Part shown: piece by piece, positions 21,707 through 31,806 of the stretch | Layout: every line of letters begins with the position of its first letter | Numbering within the stretch: position 1 is the first letter of the stretch | Source of the DNA: Candidatus Omnitrophota bacterium | Lineage (GTDB): Bacteria; Omnitrophota; Gorgyraeia; Zapsychrales; Zapsychraceae | DNA length: 60,910 nt | Direction of reading: 5' to 3' | Assembly (NCBI GenBank): GCA_021108075.1 | Contig: JAIORP010000096.1 | Location: 1-60,910 of the forward strand | Notes under the pieces: model-generated | The model's database searches: none | What the model was told of the DNA's origin: nothing | Seen by the model: the letters and a program-made list of their open reading frames with translations, nothing else | Position numbers and translations under genes: made by a program

Positions 21707-22030
21707 ATGACACATTTGAAGGCAAACAGTATACCTGTTCACAAAAAATGTGTATTTGTGCGTGAGACCGGGATTGTTTATACCCGCTCGACTGCTGTTT
21801 TGCATATTTTAAAATGTTTGGGTTGGACGTGGAAGATGATGGTTGTGTTGATCATTATCCCAAGCAGCTTTATTCGCGATTTCATTTATGATAAGATAGC
21901 TCAACATCGATACCGGTTGTTTGGGCCGTGTGATAGCTATCGAGGGCCTGTGGGGCAAATTTTTAAAAATAAAATCAAAGGAATAAACAGAAGGGCCGGT
22001 CAATATGGGGGAAATGATTCAGCAACATGA
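21707..22030 (+). pseudogene. C-terminal part of a DCC/YuxK-family thiol-disulfide oxidoreductase
   Basis: YTRSTAVLHIL...FIRDFIYDKIAQHRYRLFG; the N-terminal DxxCxxC is missing, with the MITE in its place. Confidence 0.7.
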
Positions 22031-22096
22031 CGAGCTTCCTGACATGTTGATCCCCTGATGACGGACTTTGTTCCGTTTTTATTGTGGTTATTTATT

Positions 22097-23692
22097 ATGC
22101 GCATTGTTTTTGTTGCTATCGGTTGTGAACAGCTTGGCATTAGCCTTTTATCTGCCTTAGCCAAGCAAAAAGGGCATGATGTGAGCCTGGCTTTTAGCCT
22201 GGCTTTATTCGATGACCTGATGCATGTCTCCATCCCCGCCTTAGGTCGTTTTTTTAGTGACCGTAAAATAATATTTGCAACAATAAAAAAAAATCAGCCG
22301 GATGTGATCGTTTTTTCACCAGCCTCTGGATCTTATCGATGGATGTTAGAGGTCGCAGCTGAAGCTAAGAAAATATGTCCTCATTCAAGAGTGATTTTTG
22401 GTGGACCGCATGTCAGCGCGGTTCCGGAGTTGGTTATCAGCCAACCAGCGGTTGATTACGTTTGTATCGGCGAGGGAGATATCGCCTTTTTGAAAATGCT
22501 TGAAGCCCTCGAGAAGGAGGACTTTTTCTCTCCCATAGAAAACACCTGGTATAAAAATTCACGGGGTCAAATTATTAAAGGCCCGCAAGTCGGTTTTATA
22601 CAAGACCTTGATTCTTTGCCGATGTTTGACAAGCCTTTATGGGAAGATTATTTTAATTTTTCGGACCATTACATGACAATGGCAACGCGTGGCTGCCCGT
22701 TTCGGTGCACATTTTGTTTTAATAACTATTACGCAAATTTGCCGCAAGGTGAAAAGGGTCAATACATGCGTTACCGCAGCGTCGATCACTTTATGCATGA
22801 ATTGCGCTGGGCCATGAAGCGTTACCGCGTTAAACGTTTTGATTTCTTTGATGACATTTTTACGTATGATAAGAAATGGTTGAAGAATTTTTTGGACCAG
22901 TATAAGCGAGACATTAAAAGGCCGTTTGAGATTTTTTCGCATTTGGTTCATTTGGATGAAGCGACGATGAAGATGTTAGGGGAAGCCGGGTGTTTTTCCG
23001 TGGAGCTGGGTATTCAAACGTTAGATGACGCATATAAAAAAAGAGTTTTAAAACGTTTTGATAGCCATGAAAAACTTATCCAGGTGATCCGATGGTCTAA
23101 GCAATGTGGGGTGCGTGTTCGCGCGGATCACATGCTGGGTCTTCCCACTGAGCCTATTGAAGCGCAGGAAGCGGCTCGCCAATTTTATGTGGAAAATACG
23201 CCTTACCGGATTCATACGTATTGGGTCAAGTTTTTCCCGGGAACAGAATTGCAGAAACAAGCTTTGGATATGGGCGTGTTAACAAAAAAGGATATTGAAA
23301 AACTGAACAGCGGTCATGATGTTTTTTGTATCAAACATAGCGAAACCATTACGGACCCTCAAAGGCTTAGGAATTACCAGGTCTATCAGCTTATTTTTCG
23401 CCTCATCACTTATATGCCCGCGAGAATAAAAAGATTGATAAAACCACGTCTTTTCCGTTTTTGCCCAACAGGACTTGTTGTTTTCTTGACGTTTTGGGTC
23501 GATTTGAGTATCGGCCTGGTTCTAAGAGAAGCGCATCATTATATTTATTTAAAGTTTTATTTTTTTCATATGTACTGTCTCTTACGGACAAAGGTGGGAC
23601 TGAAAAGAATTCCAAGGATGCGCCATTTAAACCCGGAGACTGATTTGTCTTTTCAGAATAATTGTCCGAGTCAACTCCTGTCCGGGCAGTAA
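22097..23692 (+). CDS. Cobalamin-binding radical SAM protein
   Basis: IFGGPHVSAVPE, CIGEGD, TRGCPFRCTFC, FFPGT. Confidence 0.9.
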   Translation: MRIVFVAIGCEQLGISLLSALAKQKGHDVSLAFSLALFDDLMHVSIPALGRFFSDRKIIFATIKKNQPDVIVFSPASGSYRWMLEVAAEAKKICPHSRVIFGGPHVSAVPELVISQPAVDYVCIGEGDIAFLKMLEALEKEDFFSPIENTWYKNSRGQIIKGPQVGFIQDLDSLPMFDKPLWEDYFNFSDHYMTMATRGCPFRCTFCFNNYYANLPQGEKGQYMRYRSVDHFMHELRWAMKRYRVKRFDFFDDIFTYDKKWLKNFLDQYKRDIKRPFEIFSHLVHLDEATMKMLGEAGCFSVELGIQTLDDAYKKRVLKRFDSHEKLIQVIRWSKQCGVRVRADHMLGLPTEPIEAQEAARQFYVENTPYRIHTYWVKFFPGTELQKQALDMGVLTKKDIEKLNSGHDVFCIKHSETITDPQRLRNYQVYQLIFRLITYMPARIKRLIKPRLFRFCPTGLVVFLTFWVDLSIGLVLREAHHYIYLKFYFFHMYCLLRTKVGLKRIPRMRHLNPETDLSFQNNCPSQLLSGQ

Positions 23693-23927
23693 AGCGTCTG
23701 ACAATGAATCATCCGTTTTGTTCAGGGAATTATTGATAAAAGATTTTGGTTGATTTTTTTGATAATGATTGGTATTGCAGGATATACATGGAATTTTTTT
23801 TTCATCGTTGAGGTTATGTGTTGAACCGCTATTGTCTTATAGCCCGATCATTGTATGAGTTTATTGAGATTTGTTTTTTTCTAATAATAAAGACAACAAG
23901 AAGAAGTGAAGAGCAAAGGAGAAGGTC

Positions 23928-24683
23928 ATGAGTACAGTAGATATTCAAGGAGTAACAGCATTAGTGACTGGCGCTAACCGAGGGATCGGAAAGGCCCTTG
24001 TCCGGGAATTGATCGATCAAGGCGCCGCAAAGGTCTACGCGACCGCCCGCAGTGTTGATAAATTGGGTGACTTGGTCGCTACGGCGTCTGAAAAGATTAT
24101 TCCATTAGAATTAGATGTGACAAACGAAGAACAGATTAAAGCGGCTGCGGAAGCGGCCGGTGATGTCCTGATCGTTATCAATAACGCCGGCATTGCAGGT
24201 TATTCCGCTATTATCGCCGCCCAAGACACATCTTCCGCCCGGCAGGAAATGGAGGTCAACTATTTTGGCGTCTTACATATGGTCCGCGCGTTTGCTCCCA
24301 TTCTTAAACAGAACAAGGGTGGCGTTTTTGTGAATATTTCTTCCATCGGCGGCTTAGTCGGCATTCCCATGGTTGGAACGTATTGCGCAACAAAAGCCGC
24401 TGTCCATTCCTTAACGCAAAGCATCCGAGGCGAGCTGGCGGGTCAAGAAACATTGGTTATTGGTGTGTATCCTGGCTCCATTGACACGGATATGGCGGTA
24501 GGCATGGATATGGAAAAAGAATCGCCGTATGTTGTTGCCCAAGCAATTTTAGATGCGGTTGAGAATGGGATCGAATCCGTTTATCCTGATAAAGTTGCCG
24601 ATGCGATCGGCTATCTTATTCATACCCCTTTAAAGAAATTAGAATTACAATGGGCCGATGCATTGCCACAAGCTGGTGAGTAA
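23928..24683 (+). CDS. Short-chain dehydrogenase/reductase
   Basis: TGANRGIG, NNAG, YCATK. Confidence 0.92.
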   Translation: MSTVDIQGVTALVTGANRGIGKALVRELIDQGAAKVYATARSVDKLGDLVATASEKIIPLELDVTNEEQIKAAAEAAGDVLIVINNAGIAGYSAIIAAQDTSSARQEMEVNYFGVLHMVRAFAPILKQNKGGVFVNISSIGGLVGIPMVGTYCATKAAVHSLTQSIRGELAGQETLVIGVYPGSIDTDMAVGMDMEKESPYVVAQAILDAVENGIESVYPDKVADAIGYLIHTPLKKLELQWADALPQAGE

Positions 24684-24727
24684 ATTTTTTTTTAAATGGG
24701 GAAAAAAGTACCATCCGTCCCTACTTT

Positions 24728-26143
24728 TTATTTGTCATATTTAAAAGGATTCGGGAATGTGATTAAGGTGATGAAGAAAACACCTAATGGATAAAAATGC
24801 AGGAGGAGGCGGGAACGGCCGGTTTCTTTAAGGTTTCCAGCAATCCATAGGTAGTTTTCCGTGAAGATCGCGACCAGGGTATAAAGGACAAAGAAACAAA
24901 AAATACTTATAAGCGTCAGCAGGACGTCTTTTCGTTTTAATCTTTTTGAATAAAGGAAGAAGCAGATCAGAAAGGTGCTCCAAATCAGGCCCCAATTTGC
25001 CGAGTGAAATAAATCATAGGAATAGCTCCTAAAGACATTCTTTAATAATAATAAATTTTTTAGTGATAGTTTTAAGTTCGCTTTTCCGTCTGTGCTTATT
25101 CCTAATCCATGCACAGACTTGTATATGTGGAAACTGAAACAGCAGAGTAGAATAGGTAAAATATAGATAAGTGTTAATTGCAGTTTTTTTTTGGCGGTGT
25201 CTTTTCGGTTAAAAAATAGGATCACAAAGAAAACAAAGAAATAGACCGCCATGAAAGCTGTTCCTTCTAATTTGACAAAGGTTGCGATGCTGGCAAACAT
25301 CGAAGAGAGAATGAGTAGGTTTGTTTTGGTGTATTTGCTCCAGAGGATAAGAAACATGATGGCGCTACAGTTGTAATAAAGTAAAAAGGAGTCTCTATAG
25401 GCGGTTGTGGCATGAAGAAAAAATAAATTTGATGACAGTAAAAGCGCGATTCCGCATAACGCGTACGTCTTGTTTGTCAGGAGTTTTAGGAAATAATAAG
25501 AGATGATGAGAAACGAAATGAGCCCTGCAGGAAAAAATATTTTAATCAGTTGATCGTCCCATCGACCGATGTTGAAGCTTGTCCAGGTTTCCAGCAGCGG
25601 CGTCAACAAAGGATATGTCCTGTGCGGTAATAATTCTAAAGAAGGGATTCCTTTTTCGAAATAAAATATTTTCGCCTTGAACGCAATTGTCGCAAGCGCG
25701 TCCCAGGCAGAGATCGGGACATTCATTGCAATCCAGACAATCGTTAAGATGTTCAACCCAATAAAAAAAGAAATATAAGATCGAAGCCTTGAATGTTTTT
25801 TTTCGTTGTCCCTTGATCTGGCCATTTTCCCAAATGGCAGGGTGTCGTTATCGTCGTTATCAATGAAGGAATTGTTGGAATATTTGATGTGTTGATAAAG
25901 GATAAATAGAATCAATCCCGCCACAAAAACGACAAGCAAAATATTTATATAAGAAAAGGCTAATCCCAAAATATTGAAGTAGAACATTAAGAGGACGAGA
26001 ATCCCCACGCCTAACCCAAAAGAAATTGACAACTCGACCAGTAGAGGCCAACGTTCGTTGAGGAGGATCGATTTAACGGCCAGGTAGCCTAAAACGGTCG
26101 GGATAGCTATCGTTGTAAATAGAAAGAACAGGTCTGTAATCAT
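24728..26143 (-). CDS. GT-C-like (ArnT/PMT-type) polytopic glycosyltransferase, module 1
   Basis: More than 10 TM segments; PISAWDALATIAFKAK, HRTYP, KLEGT, RLLLHFYP. Confidence 0.7.
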   Translation of the reverse strand: MITDLFFLFTTIAIPTVLGYLAVKSILLNERWPLLVELSISFGLGVGILVLLMFYFNILGLAFSYINILLVVFVAGLILFILYQHIKYSNNSFIDNDDNDTLPFGKMARSRDNEKKHSRLRSYISFFIGLNILTIVWIAMNVPISAWDALATIAFKAKIFYFEKGIPSLELLPHRTYPLLTPLLETWTSFNIGRWDDQLIKIFFPAGLISFLIISYYFLKLLTNKTYALCGIALLLSSNLFFLHATTAYRDSFLLYYNCSAIMFLILWSKYTKTNLLILSSMFASIATFVKLEGTAFMAVYFFVFFVILFFNRKDTAKKKLQLTLIYILPILLCCFSFHIYKSVHGLGISTDGKANLKLSLKNLLLLKNVFRSYSYDLFHSANWGLIWSTFLICFFLYSKRLKRKDVLLTLISIFCFFVLYTLVAIFTENYLWIAGNLKETGRSRLLLHFYPLGVFFITLITFPNPFKYDK

Positions 26144-26886
26144 TCAGCCTCATCTTTTTGGACCAGAAGATACCGGTTGTTTAAAAAGGAACATTTAACG
26201 CTGTAGCCCATAGGTATGTGTTCTAACGGGTTCTGTTTTTTATAGAGAATGAATATATCCTTAGGTGACTTGTTGTCTAGCCGGGTCGATACCGTTGGAT
26301 AGAGATAATAGGATAACAGCCTATGGGTGAACATTTCTTTTGGTGATTTGAAATTAATGTCAGTGATAAATTCTCCCTGATGATATCCTTTGATGGTTTG
26401 TTGACATTCATAAGGAAACAGATATCTGTCTTTGAACACGAGCGTATTTTTTTCATGCGTTGTTTTGTTAGATAGCGTTTTAAATAGGGTTCCAAAATAG
26501 ATTGTTCGGGTATATTGCTGGAGAATTATATTTAGAGCAAGCGCGCTGATCGCGACAGCTGTGACAATTGCCTTAAGGCTGTATTTGTGTGTATGAGAGA
26601 AAATAAGGTGGAGGAGTTTATTGCTCATGATGGTTATCGGGATCGTGAACAGGGCTGCATAATAGTAGATATTCGTGGAATTCAAGTATTGAAACTTATA
26701 GGGATGACAGCAATTAGGATGAAAAATGACGTTCATATATAAGAAATTCATTAAGTATCTTTTAAAGAACGTCTGGTCAATTTTTGCGTGAATATATAAA
26801 AGTGCTATTAGTATAAATAATAAATTAACGAATGTGATGAATATCAATCGCAAGATATTACTTTTGGAGTTTTGTTGATTATTCAT
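26140..26886 (-). CDS. Three-TM partner protein, module 1
   Basis: 4-nt overlap with the downstream GT-C gene; HRLLSYYLYP motif shared with 28492..29202 and 33185..33958. Confidence 0.75.
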   Translation of the reverse strand: MNNQQNSKSNILRLIFITFVNLLFILIALLYIHAKIDQTFFKRYLMNFLYMNVIFHPNCCHPYKFQYLNSTNIYYYAALFTIPITIMSNKLLHLIFSHTHKYSLKAIVTAVAISALALNIILQQYTRTIYFGTLFKTLSNKTTHEKNTLVFKDRYLFPYECQQTIKGYHQGEFITDINFKSPKEMFTHRLLSYYLYPTVSTRLDNKSPKDIFILYKKQNPLEHIPMGYSVKCSFLNNRYLLVQKDEAE

Positions 26887-26966
26887 GAAGGAAAGATGTG
26901 ATTTTATGACCGATTAGTCTATTTAATATCTATTCTATATGATTTTTTTTAAATTTCAATTGATTA

Positions 26967-27046
26967 TACCAATCCCATTAAATAATGACCGAACCCAATT
27001 CTGCTTTTCAGAATTAAGATAGAACAATTTATTAATAGATTTGGTA
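26967..27046 (-). mobile_element. MITE family 1 (80 bp)
   Basis: Both TIRs, TTA direct repeats. Confidence 0.92.
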
Positions 27047-27101
27047 TTATCATTTAATAACAGGCATGGACGAAAAAGAAAGTAAAGGTTGTAAACTGTT
27101 T

Positions 27102-28490
27102 TCAGCGTTTTAGCCCATTTGCCTTATGTTCTTGTCCTCCGGATAAGATCATAGCAATGAGGGCCGGAATGATGGGGAAAATATGGAGGATAGAGCGCGA
27201 TAATGCTGTATCCGTCTTGAGCCAGATAAAATGCTGGGTCAGTGTATACCCCAGGGTGTAAATGACTGTATGTAAGGCAATGAATAGAAAAAGGATGAGC
27301 ATTTCAGGTGAAATATTTTTTCTTTTTAATTTAAGCAGGCAGATAAAGAAAATGGGCCAGACGGTGCTCCAGTTGTTGGTGCTGAAAAGATTGGTTAAGT
27401 ATTTTTGCGCGAGGACCGTAAGGCGTTGGAATAATTCAAGGGAGAAATTTATTTGTATGTGGTTGAGGTCAAAGTCGCCCTTGTCACTTCGGTCTGTGAT
27501 GCTGTTGAATACAATAAAATATTTATAACAATGATATATCGCGGCGATCCCCCAACTGATGAGGGTGAACGTGAAGAAGGATATGATTTTTTTCTTCAAA
27601 TTTTTTGTTTTACTGAGGATTAACATCACAAATAAAATTAACGCAAGTATAACGGCATACCCCGTCCCTTCCAGTTTAATGAAACTGACAAAACCTGCGA
27701 AAAGGCCTGCTAAGACGAGAAAAGATGTTTTTTGGAACTTGCTCCATAAACATAAAGAGGCTAAACAGGTGTAGATGTAGAAACACATCGTGAAGTCGCG
27801 GTAACATATTGTTGCGTGGTAAACGAAGAAGAATGAAGAGCAAAGTAATCCTGTCCCGATTAAGGCACTGTTTCTATCTGTTAATAACCGAAGAAAATAG
27901 TATTTAATAAACACGAAGGATAGAAACATAAGTGGAAAAATAATTTTTATGGATTGGCTATCCCACTCCCCCTGTGTAAAGGCCGCCCAGGATAGGATAA
28001 AAGGGATATGGCAGGGGTAGGTATAGTGCGGCATATTGGGTAAATAGGTCAATGATTTTTCATAGTAAAAAATTTTCGCATTGAAGGCGTGTGTCGCGAC
28101 CGCATCCCACGTCAGGACCGGGATGGTCATGCTAATAATGAAAATGCAAACGATGGTTGCGAAAAGGAACAGGAGCAAAATGATTGTGTGGATGTTTTTT
28201 GTCCCCGGTTTGAGGTCCTTATAGAGTGCCCCTTCGCACAATTTTTCTTTTGAATAAAGGCGTACGACGAGAAGAATTAAACTTAAGATCGATAAGGATA
28301 GATTGATAGATGTTGATGAAAAAGGGATTTGTAGAATCCCGAGAATAAGCATCCATTGCGTAATGACGCCTGTTCCAAGGGCAAAACTCAAAGCCAAAAG
28401 AATGGGGATGTTTAATAATTTATCTAATTTTAAGACGAACAATATAGATAATCCAAAGAAAATTGGGAGCAGTATTATTGCAATCATCAT
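27102..28490 (-). CDS. GT-C-like polytopic glycosyltransferase, module 2
   Basis: PVLTWDAVATHAFNAK, HYTYP, KLEGT, RSILHIFP. Confidence 0.7.
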   Translation of the reverse strand: MMIAIILLPIFFGLSILFVLKLDKLLNIPILLALSFALGTGVITQWMLILGILQIPFSSTSINLSLSILSLILLVVRLYSKEKLCEGALYKDLKPGTKNIHTIILLLFLFATIVCIFIISMTIPVLTWDAVATHAFNAKIFYYEKSLTYLPNMPHYTYPCHIPFILSWAAFTQGEWDSQSIKIIFPLMFLSFVFIKYYFLRLLTDRNSALIGTGLLCSSFFFVYHATICYRDFTMCFYIYTCLASLCLWSKFQKTSFLVLAGLFAGFVSFIKLEGTGYAVILALILFVMLILSKTKNLKKKIISFFTFTLISWGIAAIYHCYKYFIVFNSITDRSDKGDFDLNHIQINFSLELFQRLTVLAQKYLTNLFSTNNWSTVWPIFFICLLKLKRKNISPEMLILFLFIALHTVIYTLGYTLTQHFIWLKTDTALSRSILHIFPIIPALIAMILSGGQEHKANGLKR

Positions 28491-28491
28491 A

Positions 28492-29202
28492 TTATGGCGC
28501 CGTTCTTATGGCTACGATATTATCTTTGTTAAAAGTGCCTGTGAGCTGATACCCTTCCGGAATCATTCTTTCCGGATCTGTTGTGCCTATTATGATATAG
28601 GCATTTATTTCTTCTTTGCGAACCTCGCGCATGTCAAGCGGATAGAGAAAATAAGCCAGTTGGCGATGTGCCGTCATCCATTGTGCCGATGAAAGATTTT
28701 TTTCTGAAAGGATGCCAACCGTTGATTCAGCAGGTAGCTGTTGGTGAACGAATTGACTAAACGAGTATTTATCCCCTAATACTTTCTGGTATTTTTGGCC
28801 TGTGTTCAGTCCGGCGTATTGATCTAAATGTTTTTTAGCCGTTAATGAAAGGTTCATTGTTTGGATAAGCATCAATATGCCGATTACAAAAAAGGCAACC
28901 TGCTTAAGAATGTCCGTTAACTCCATATCAGCGAAAAGATTATATTTTGAATGATGAACGAAATGCTTCGTGGATAAACAAAGAAAAACTAAAAAAATGG
29001 AAAATTGATAGATCAAATGAAAAACATTGATATCATTGAGTTTGCCTGCCGGACAAAGATTGTGGTTTCTTAAGGAAAGCGCGCGGTTGATCGAAAGAAT
29101 CAATTGAGAAAAGGAGGCGTCAAAAAAGACCGATAAAATAAAAAGAAATAGACCGGTGCCTATGATAAAGAAGAATAAGATTGCGATATTTTTATTGCGC
29201 AT
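28492..29202 (-). CDS. Three-TM partner protein, module 2
   Basis: HRQLAYFLYP motif; ends 1 nt before the GT-C start. Confidence 0.75.
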   Translation of the reverse strand: MRNKNIAILFFFIIGTGLFLFILSVFFDASFSQLILSINRALSLRNHNLCPAGKLNDINVFHLIYQFSIFLVFLCLSTKHFVHHSKYNLFADMELTDILKQVAFFVIGILMLIQTMNLSLTAKKHLDQYAGLNTGQKYQKVLGDKYSFSQFVHQQLPAESTVGILSEKNLSSAQWMTAHRQLAYFLYPLDMREVRKEEINAYIIIGTTDPERMIPEGYQLTGTFNKDNIVAIRTAP

Positions 29203-29303
29203 ATGATATAAATAAAAAAAATAAAATATTTAATATTAAGATAACATATAATATACCAAAATTGAAATATCCGTAAATTTTTTTATCAGGTAAAATATGA
29301 TTA

Positions 29304-29383
29304 TACCAATTCCATTAAATAATGACCAAAACCAATTCTGTTTTTCAGAATTAAGATAGAACAATTTATTAATGGATTTGGTA
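29304..29383 (-). mobile_element. MITE family 1 (80 bp)
   Basis: Both TIRs, TTA direct repeats. Confidence 0.92.
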
Positions 29384-29805
29384 TTACCTTTTATTAATAA
29401 AATACAGTAATATAAAAGCCAATGGTCATTCTATTTAGACTTGTTCACTTAATTTGACCTGTTGTGACTTTCTTTCCGGCAGCTGTTTATTTGTCAAGAA
29501 CCGATATTTAGTTCACAAAAGTTGAGTCCACTGCCGTTTATGGGGTATAACCGGCTATTTTCACGCTCTGACTCTGTATGTTTTTTCGTTTGGTCAATTT
29601 TTTTTCATCATATTTTTGTTTCGAAATCACTATATCACAGCGGGCGGTTACGACCGTCCATGGTTTGGATCCCCATCTCGTGAGGTTTTCAAACGATTTT
29701 TTCATGTTTTAAATATTTTTTTCATCTTTAAGCCCTATCTGGTATGATTGTTCTATCATTAAAAGTGGATCTACGGTAAAGGGCGATGTCATAACACGTA
29801 TAGTC

Positions 29806-31734
29806 GTGAATTCCCCTCTTGCCTTGACTTTGATAATTGGAAATTTTATGACCCTTCTGATAATTATCTGTCTATTTCAATTGTACCTATTTACGGGTGT
29901 TTTATTCAGAGAAGAACGAAGGAGTGTAAGACATCGATTTATATGCGCTATTTTGTTCTTAAGTTTTTTTTTGTGGTTCGGGACAGAACTCTTAAGTATT
30001 AGAAAACACTTAATGTTAAGCGGAGTATTTTTTTATTGGTTGACAATCAATGTCGTTTTATTTTTCGCGATCTGGTTCAATCGAGATAAAGCTGTTTTTC
30101 GGGGAGAAATACCAAAATTAAAATTTGTTGAATTTTGTCTGATCCTGGGAATTATTTTTTTCATCCTTATTTTAGCTTTTATCGCGTATACGGCCCCTCC
30201 GAACACGTATGATTCCATGACGTATCATATGAGCCGTGTTGCTCATTGGCAACAAAATCGCAGTGTGTATAATTTTGCGTCGCATGACATTAGACAGGAT
30301 ATATTTCCTCCATTCTGTGAATATTTCATATTACATATTCAAATCCTTTCTCAATCAGACCGGTATGCGAATTTTGTGCAATGGTTTTCGATGTTAGGTT
30401 GTCTTATTCTTTCTTCTCTGGTTGCCCAATTATTAGGATTATCCCGTTTAGGACAAATTATTAGTGGTTTTCTGAGTGTCACTATTCCTGTTGGTATTTT
30501 ACAAGCAACAAGTACCCAGAATGATTATGTCTTATCGTTTTATTTTTTATGCTTTGTCTACTTCATCTTACTCGCGCTGAAGAATTTTAAGTTTAAATTT
30601 TTAATATTAAGCGGGTTAAGTTTGGGATTGGCTTTTTTAACAAAAGCGACAGCGTATTTCTTTTGTGCCCCATTCTTGTTGTTCCTGTGCGTTAATGCAT
30701 ATAAAAAAAGAAAATTTCTTTGTTTATCTGACGCGGCCTTCATCTTGTTTTTTTCACTGATAGTTAATATCCCCTATTATTGCAGAACGTTATCGCTCTC
30801 TTTGGGGCTGTATATGGATTCTCAATCAGTGTATTCTTTGAAGAATGAAATGTCGCTGACATTATGGTTATCAAATTTTATACGCAATATCGTTTCTCAT
30901 TTCTTTATTGCCCATCGAAAAATAGATTATTTTATTTTAGACGTAGTCAGTGATATTCATAAATTTATACAAGTCCCTGTTTCTGACTCCAGAATAACAT
31001 ATTTAAACACTGTTTTTGCTCCGTCCGGATATTTGTTCCATGAGGATTACGCGGGAAATCTTTTTCACAGTCTCCTGTTTATTGCGGCAATTTTTATGAT
31101 TTTATTAAACTTGAAAAAATGGAATGGGAGGTGTTTAACATATTGTTTATCCGTCATTTTATCATTTTGCTTGTTTTGTTTTATTATGCAATGGTCTCCG
31201 TGGTCCACGCGTTATAGCTTGGTGTTTTTTATTTTATCTGCTCCTATCGTCGCTCATTTTTTAGTTCAACATGTCGATAAAAGAATAGCCGCGGTTATAT
31301 TATTTGGATTGTATCTTTCTTCTTCTTTCTGGGTCTTTAACAACATGACGAGAAGCCTCGTGCGGAAACAAAACATTTTAAATACAAGCCGTTTTGAACA
31401 ATATTTCTCTCCTTCTCCGGGATTTAGAAGGTCATATTATGATGTGTTTAAGGAAATACAATCCTGTGAGTGCAAAAGGATCGGATTGATTTCATACTAT
31501 GGTTTTTGGGAGTACCCTATTTGGGCCTTTATGCGTAAAATGTATTTTAACGATTTTGTGATTTATCATATCAAAGTTAGCAACCAGACAAAAAATTTAG
31601 AACAGAATGGTTTTGATCCCTGCTTAATCATAACGGACCAATCATTCAAGGATAAAGAAATCGAATACAACGGGTTTAACTATGTTTTGTGTAAAGAGGT
31701 TCCGTGTATTCATTTGTATAGAAAAGAGGATTAA
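29806..31734 (+). CDS. ArnT/GT39-like membrane glycosyltransferase
   Basis: APPNTYDSMTYHMSRVAHW, LQATSTQND, GLAFLTKAT, WSPWSTRY; start uncertain. Confidence 0.8.
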   Translation: MNSPLALTLIIGNFMTLLIIICLFQLYLFTGVLFREERRSVRHRFICAILFLSFFLWFGTELLSIRKHLMLSGVFFYWLTINVVLFFAIWFNRDKAVFRGEIPKLKFVEFCLILGIIFFILILAFIAYTAPPNTYDSMTYHMSRVAHWQQNRSVYNFASHDIRQDIFPPFCEYFILHIQILSQSDRYANFVQWFSMLGCLILSSLVAQLLGLSRLGQIISGFLSVTIPVGILQATSTQNDYVLSFYFLCFVYFILLALKNFKFKFLILSGLSLGLAFLTKATAYFFCAPFLLFLCVNAYKKRKFLCLSDAAFILFFSLIVNIPYYCRTLSLSLGLYMDSQSVYSLKNEMSLTLWLSNFIRNIVSHFFIAHRKIDYFILDVVSDIHKFIQVPVSDSRITYLNTVFAPSGYLFHEDYAGNLFHSLLFIAAIFMILLNLKKWNGRCLTYCLSVILSFCLFCFIMQWSPWSTRYSLVFFILSAPIVAHFLVQHVDKRIAAVILFGLYLSSSFWVFNNMTRSLVRKQNILNTSRFEQYFSPSPGFRRSYYDVFKEIQSCECKRIGLISYYGFWEYPIWAFMRKMYFNDFVIYHIKVSNQTKNLEQNGFDPCLIITDQSFKDKEIEYNGFNYVLCKEVPCIHLYRKED

Positions 31735-31757
31735 CCCGGAAAAAGCAATTGGGATTC
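31731..31757 (+). repeat. Isolated end of repeat family 2
   Basis: TTAA-CCCGGAAAAAGCAATTGGGATTC matches the termini of 59611-59795; the TTAA contains the upstream gene's stop codon. Confidence 0.6.
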
Positions 31758-31806
31758 TAGTAGTTATAACACGGATTTTTAGTCGCTGAGAATAAGGTGA
31801 GACATC

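Noticed and set aside
26967-29383. Two direct-orientation MITEs as the cause of the GT-C module duplication
   Set aside because: The MITE copies are nearly identical while module 2 is strongly diverged from modules 1 and 3, so the duplication is older; their TTA duplications are individually accounted for.
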